In this document: positions 59,854 through 64,000 of the stretch, piece after piece
Layout: every line of letters begins with the position of its first letter
How positions within the stretch are numbered: the first letter of the stretch is position 1
Assembly (NCBI RefSeq): GCF_030013595.1
Contig: NZ_CP122768.1
Reading direction: 5' to 3' (one strand)
Source of the DNA: Escherichia coli
GTDB lineage: Bacteria > Pseudomonadota > Gammaproteobacteria > Enterobacterales > Enterobacteriaceae
Length of the DNA: 64,000 nt
Position numbers and translations under genes: made by a program
Notes under the pieces: model-generated
Database searches by the model: none
What the model was told of the DNA's origin: nothing
Seen by the model: only the letters and a program-made list of their open reading frames with translations

Positions 59854-61197
59854 TTAAAGCAAACCACAGCGACGTTTACTGCGATCTTCCGCTTCCTGAT
59901 AAAGCTGGAACTCATCCAAAACCGGGCAGCCCAACGCCTGCTCAAATGTTTCGCGACTGGCATTACCGTGACTGCGTGCCTGCGTTTCATTACCCAGATT
60001 TGACTGGAAGATCCCCGCCGCGCTAACGGGCAAGAAATCTTCATAGGTAATGGGTTGCGCCACTACCCAACCACGTTCAATTAAGGGCTGTGGATCGTCT
60101 CCGGGATGAATCGCCTGACGATGCGCCTCACCCGAAGGCGTCAGACGGTACCGGAACCATGCCAGCCCTTGCTGACGCATTAAAAACTCACTGTCAGGAA
60201 AAGCGCGGAAGGTTTCCTGTAAATGCATTTGGTGAGTGAGATTATCCTGCCCGGTTCCAGCGTTCCGCAGTAGATCATCATACAGTTGTCGTCCTTTCGG
60301 CGTTAATGCCACGCCACGCTGCTCTATTTCACCAAAGCGCGCGGTATGCGTGCCCTGTTTCTGCCCTGCAAACAACACCGTCTCTTCCAGTGCTTTAAAG
60401 CTGGTCTGGCGTAGTAAAATAGGTACCTCGCGGCGCGGCGGCCCTTCGATCAGAATTTTGGGTTCAATCCCGCATTCAGGCATCATCGACTGCACCCGGT
60501 CAATATCCAGCGTGCGTGGCGTCAGGTGGTTGATATGGCATCCAGGAAAACAGACCACATCAGCAATCAGCCGATGTTCGTTATGCAAGGCGCGATAGGT
60601 TACTTCATCCACCGTTGCTGACTGGTGCCAGCGAAACGTTTCCAGGGCTTCCTGCACAAACTCCTGTGCCTGTGTTTCGTTAAAACCGCCCCGCTGCTCA
60701 TATTCCTCTAACAGTTGTCGACAACGTGGGGTGAAGATATCGCGCTGACGCAGAATCTCCGCTGCTTTCTGGCGCAAAAATTCGTTCTCGATAAGCTCAA
60801 GGCGGAGTAATGAGGTAAAAATGCGGAAGGGATTACGCGCCAGAGAAGCATCATCAATGGGCCGAAATGCTGTGGAATGTACCGGCACTCCCGCCTGCGA
60901 GAGATCGTAATAGCTCACCGGGTACATCCCCATAATGGCAAACATCCGCCGAAGAGTAGCAAGCTCTTGTGCAGTCCCAACGCGAATCGCCCCATGACGT
61001 TCAACATTCAGTCGCGCCAGCTCGTCTGCATTTACCATTTTTTCGTGCAGTTGAGGATTGTTTTCCAGCACAGCCAGATTCACATCAGCTACCAGTTCCA
61101 GCAGCGTGCCGTACTGCGGAACTTCTTGCTGGTACATGGCTGACATTGCCTGCGAAAACTGTTCCCGAATCTCATCCGCCGTGATGCTGTTCGCCAT
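59854..61197 (-). CDS. ydcJ: DUF1338-family protein YdcJ
   Basis: 447 aa, conserved neighbourhood. Confidence 0.75.
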   Translation of the reverse strand: MANSITADEIREQFSQAMSAMYQQEVPQYGTLLELVADVNLAVLENNPQLHEKMVNADELARLNVERHGAIRVGTAQELATLRRMFAIMGMYPVSYYDLSQAGVPVHSTAFRPIDDASLARNPFRIFTSLLRLELIENEFLRQKAAEILRQRDIFTPRCRQLLEEYEQRGGFNETQAQEFVQEALETFRWHQSATVDEVTYRALHNEHRLIADVVCFPGCHINHLTPRTLDIDRVQSMMPECGIEPKILIEGPPRREVPILLRQTSFKALEETVLFAGQKQGTHTARFGEIEQRGVALTPKGRQLYDDLLRNAGTGQDNLTHQMHLQETFRAFPDSEFLMRQQGLAWFRYRLTPSGEAHRQAIHPGDDPQPLIERGWVVAQPITYEDFLPVSAAGIFQSNLGNETQARSHGNASRETFEQALGCPVLDEFQLYQEAEDRSKRRCGLL

Positions 61198-61413
61198 AAT
61201 GTCTGCCTCCAGTGGTCAGTAATCTGGAGTGTAGGTAACCGCATTCACTCTGGCGGGAAGAATTTGCAAACTGTGATCTCGCCGCGAAAACATTAATATT
61301 ATCCATTTTGATGTAATACAATTGCTTTAATTGTTAATAATATTTTGCAATCAAGTTATCATAATCAAACAACTTCACTTGTCAGCGACACCGCTTCGTT
61401 TTTAACATCGCTT

Positions 61414-62337
61414 ATGGAAAAAAATAGTCTGTTTAGTCAGCGCATCCGTTTGCGCCACCTTCATACATTCGTAGCTGTCGCACAACAAGGAACTTTGGGG
61501 CGCGCGGCTGAAACCCTTAATTTGAGTCAACCTGCGCTCTCTAAGACATTGAATGAACTGGAGCAACTGACGGGCGCTCGCTTGTTTGAGCGTGGTCGTC
61601 AGGGGGCGCAACTTACCTTACCCGGCGAACAATTTTTAACGCATGCAGTCAGAGTTCTTGACGCCATCAACACTGCCGGACAGTCGCTTCATCGTAAAGA
61701 AGGTCTTAATAATGATGTCGTCAGGGTTGGTGCACTACCTACTGCGGCACTGGGGATATTACCTTCGGTTATAGGTCAGTTTCATCAGCAACAAAAAGAG
61801 ACGACCTTGCAAGTTGCGACAATGAGTAACCCTATGATTCTGGCGGGTTTGAAAACCGGGGAAATCGATATCGGCATTGGTCGGATGTCAGATCCTGAAC
61901 TGATGACCGGGCTTAATTACGAACTGCTGTTTCTTGAATCGCTGAAGCTGGTTGTCCGCCCTAATCATCCGCTACTTCAGGAGAACGTAACGCTAAGCCG
62001 GGTGCTGGAATGGCCGGTCGTTGTATCACCAGAAGGCACTGCGCCACGCCAGCATTCAGATGCATTAGTGCAGAGCCAGGGATGTAAAATTCCTTCGGGT
62101 TGTATCGAAACGCTGTCTGCTTCGCTATCTCGTCAACTTACGGTTGAATACGATTACGTGTGGTTTGTCCCTTCTGGCGCTGTAAAAGACGACCTGCGTC
62201 AAGCCACGCTGGTGGCCCTGCCTGTTCCTGGACATGGTGCAGGCGAACCGATTGGAATACTGACCCGCGTAGATGCAACGTTCTCTTCTGGTTGCCAGTT
62301 GATGATTAACGCTATTCGAAAATCAATGCCGTTCTGA
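61414..62337 (+). CDS. ydcI: LysR-family transcriptional regulator YdcI
   Basis: ORF 61345..62337 trimmed to MEKNSLFSQRIRLRHLHTFVAVAQQG... (307 aa); LysR HTH. Confidence 0.8.
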   Translation: MEKNSLFSQRIRLRHLHTFVAVAQQGTLGRAAETLNLSQPALSKTLNELEQLTGARLFERGRQGAQLTLPGEQFLTHAVRVLDAINTAGQSLHRKEGLNNDVVRVGALPTAALGILPSVIGQFHQQQKETTLQVATMSNPMILAGLKTGEIDIGIGRMSDPELMTGLNYELLFLESLKLVVRPNHPLLQENVTLSRVLEWPVVVSPEGTAPRQHSDALVQSQGCKIPSGCIETLSASLSRQLTVEYDYVWFVPSGAVKDDLRQATLVALPVPGHGAGEPIGILTRVDATFSSGCQLMINAIRKSMPF

Positions 62338-62374
62338 AAGGTGAAGGGATCTGTCGATCCCTCCTTTAACATTT

Positions 62375-64000
62375 TCACACCGTAGCGAAACTAACTGGTT
62401 TACCAACTCCGCGAGGTTCTGCCGACACAGAATGTTTGTTCAGACGGAATACGTCCACCGCCTCAGTTAATCGTGCAGCCTGTTCTTCAAGGGACACCGC
62501 CGCCGCTGAGGCCTCTTCTACCAGAGAAGCATTCTGTTGCGTCACCTTATCCATTTCAGAAATCGCCTGGCTAACCTGAGTTATGCCTCTACTTTGTTCA
62601 TCCGAGGCGGCGGCGATTTCCTGCATGATATGTGTGACACTCGCGACGGCATCAACAATAGTGCTCATGGTTTTCCCTGCCGTTGCCACCTCATCCGACC
62701 CCAGGTCAATTAACCTGACTGATTCACTGATCAAGCCTTCAATCTCTTTCGCCGCCTGAGCGCTGCGGCTTGCGAGTGTCCGTACTTCGCTGGCGACAAC
62801 GGCAAATCCACGCCCTTGCTCACCCGCTCGCGCGGCTTCAACGGCAGCATTCAGTGCCAGAATATTCGTCTGGAAAGCAATACTGTTGATGACGGCGGTG
62901 ATCTCAGAAATTTTCTTCGAACTCGTGGAGATAGCGCCCATCGTTTTTACTACACCGGAAACCGTCTGCCCGCCATCGCTGGCTTTAATAGAAGCCTCTT
63001 GCGCCAGTTTGCTGGCATGATGCGCGTTATCCGCATTCTGTTTCACCGTCGCAGTAAGTTGCTCCATGCTGGCGGCAGTTTGTTCGATAGCCGCCGCTTG
63101 TTCTTCGGTGCGAGATGACAGGTCCGCATTGCCAGCTGAAATTTCGCTGGTGCCACGATAAATCTCTTCCGCACCCTGTCGAACAGTCCCTACTGTCATC
63201 CCCAGTGAATGCTGCATTTGCTGTAAATGACGACTTAAGCGACCGATTTCATTACGACCCGCCGGTTCATCATTCATCGTCAGATCGCCACTGGCGATTT
63301 TTTCAATCCGTTGTGCGGCATGTTGCAGTGGACGAATGACGATCCGACGTAGCACTATAAATGTTATCAGCGTCATGACCAGGGCAAGCACAAACGCGCC
63401 AATCATGAACATCCCACCCAGGCGGGTGCGCTGATGGGCCAGTTCCGCCAGTTGGTTGGCTCTGGCGCTACGTATCTTAACGGCTTTGCTCAAAATATCG
63501 GTATAAGCATTATCCAGCGGTCGGATCTGCTCACTTTCATGATTGATAATCGCTTCAAACATGCCATTTTTGGCATATTTCAACATCGGTTGCATACCCG
63601 TGATATAAGCCTGGAAGCGTTGATTTAATTCAGTGTCGAGGGCTTCATCAGCAGGTGTTTTCACCGACCGATTCTGATAAGCACGATAACCTTGCTGCGA
63701 CTGTTTAATCTCCGATTCGGCTTGCGCAATATTTCGCTTCATTGCTTCCAATTCCGCAATACGACTCGCAGCACCGGCCTGAATCATATTGATCCGGGCT
63801 GAACGCAAAAAATCTGAACTGTTCGCTAACCCGGTCCGAATCTCAATCTCCGCAGTAACATCCCGCTGATCGCGATCGGCCTGCCAAAGGAAATAGCCGG
63901 CCAGGGCTGAACTTAATGCGAATAGAACTAAGATACCGCCAAGAATGCAGGCAAATAACGGAACCAGCCTGATGTGATGCAAAAAACCTAATCGCTGTGA
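62375..64000 (-). CDS. trg: methyl-accepting chemotaxis protein III (ribose/galactose sensor) Trg, 5' end beyond window
   Basis: two TM segments, HAMP and highly conserved MCP signalling domain; frame remains open at the window edge (N-terminal residues missing). Confidence 0.85.
   Translation of the reverse strand, partial: SQRLGFLHHIRLVPLFACILGGILVLFALSSALAGYFLWQADRDQRDVTAEIEIRTGLANSSDFLRSARINMIQAGAASRIAELEAMKRNIAQAESEIKQSQQGYRAYQNRSVKTPADEALDTELNQRFQAYITGMQPMLKYAKNGMFEAIINHESEQIRPLDNAYTDILSKAVKIRSARANQLAELAHQRTRLGGMFMIGAFVLALVMTLITFIVLRRIVIRPLQHAAQRIEKIASGDLTMNDEPAGRNEIGRLSRHLQQMQHSLGMTVGTVRQGAEEIYRGTSEISAGNADLSSRTEEQAAAIEQTAASMEQLTATVKQNADNAHHASKLAQEASIKASDGGQTVSGVVKTMGAISTSSKKISEITAVINSIAFQTNILALNAAVEAARAGEQGRGFAVVASEVRTLASRSAQAAKEIEGLISESVRLIDLGSDEVATAGKTMSTIVDAVASVTHIMQEIAAASDEQSRGITQVSQAISEMDKVTQQNASLVEEASAAAVSLEEQAARLTEAVDVFRLNKHSVSAEPRGVGKPVSFATV

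Overview
E. coli chromosomal segment from the K-12-like ydc/ync/teh neighbourhood, interrupted by an AT-rich siphovirus-type prophage of about 35.8 kb (approx. 12568..48412) inserted inside the hicB antitoxin gene. Left of the prophage: mcbR, curA, mnaT, ydcZ, ydcY, ortT, an accessory Vat/XAT-like acetyltransferase islet, patD and ydcVUTS-ydcR. Right of it: intact hicA, yncJ, rlhA(ydcP), sutR, ydcO, ydcL, tehBA, ydcK, rimL, ydcH, opgD, ydcJ, ydcI and the 3' part of trg. The prophage carries a large serine recombinase, a UvsW-like SF2 helicase split by an IS1 copy with a 9-bp target duplication, a lysis cassette, a complete tail/head/packaging module on the minus strand, and a 1.3 kb ORF-free control region with a 21-22 bp periodic direct-repeat array. 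The most unusual signals are (i) conserved in-frame post-TGA extension modules directly downstream of the major capsid and putative major tail genes, which may be programmed stop-codon readthrough, (ii) the iteron-like array, (iii) a codon-optimised moron gene at the right arm, and (iv) a probable -1 frameshift joining the two chaperone ORFs upstream of the tape measure gene. All gene identities rest on reading the translations and on recalled family signatures; no database search was run. I could not assign a repressor or replication initiator, and I cannot say which of these, if any, is the undescribed system.
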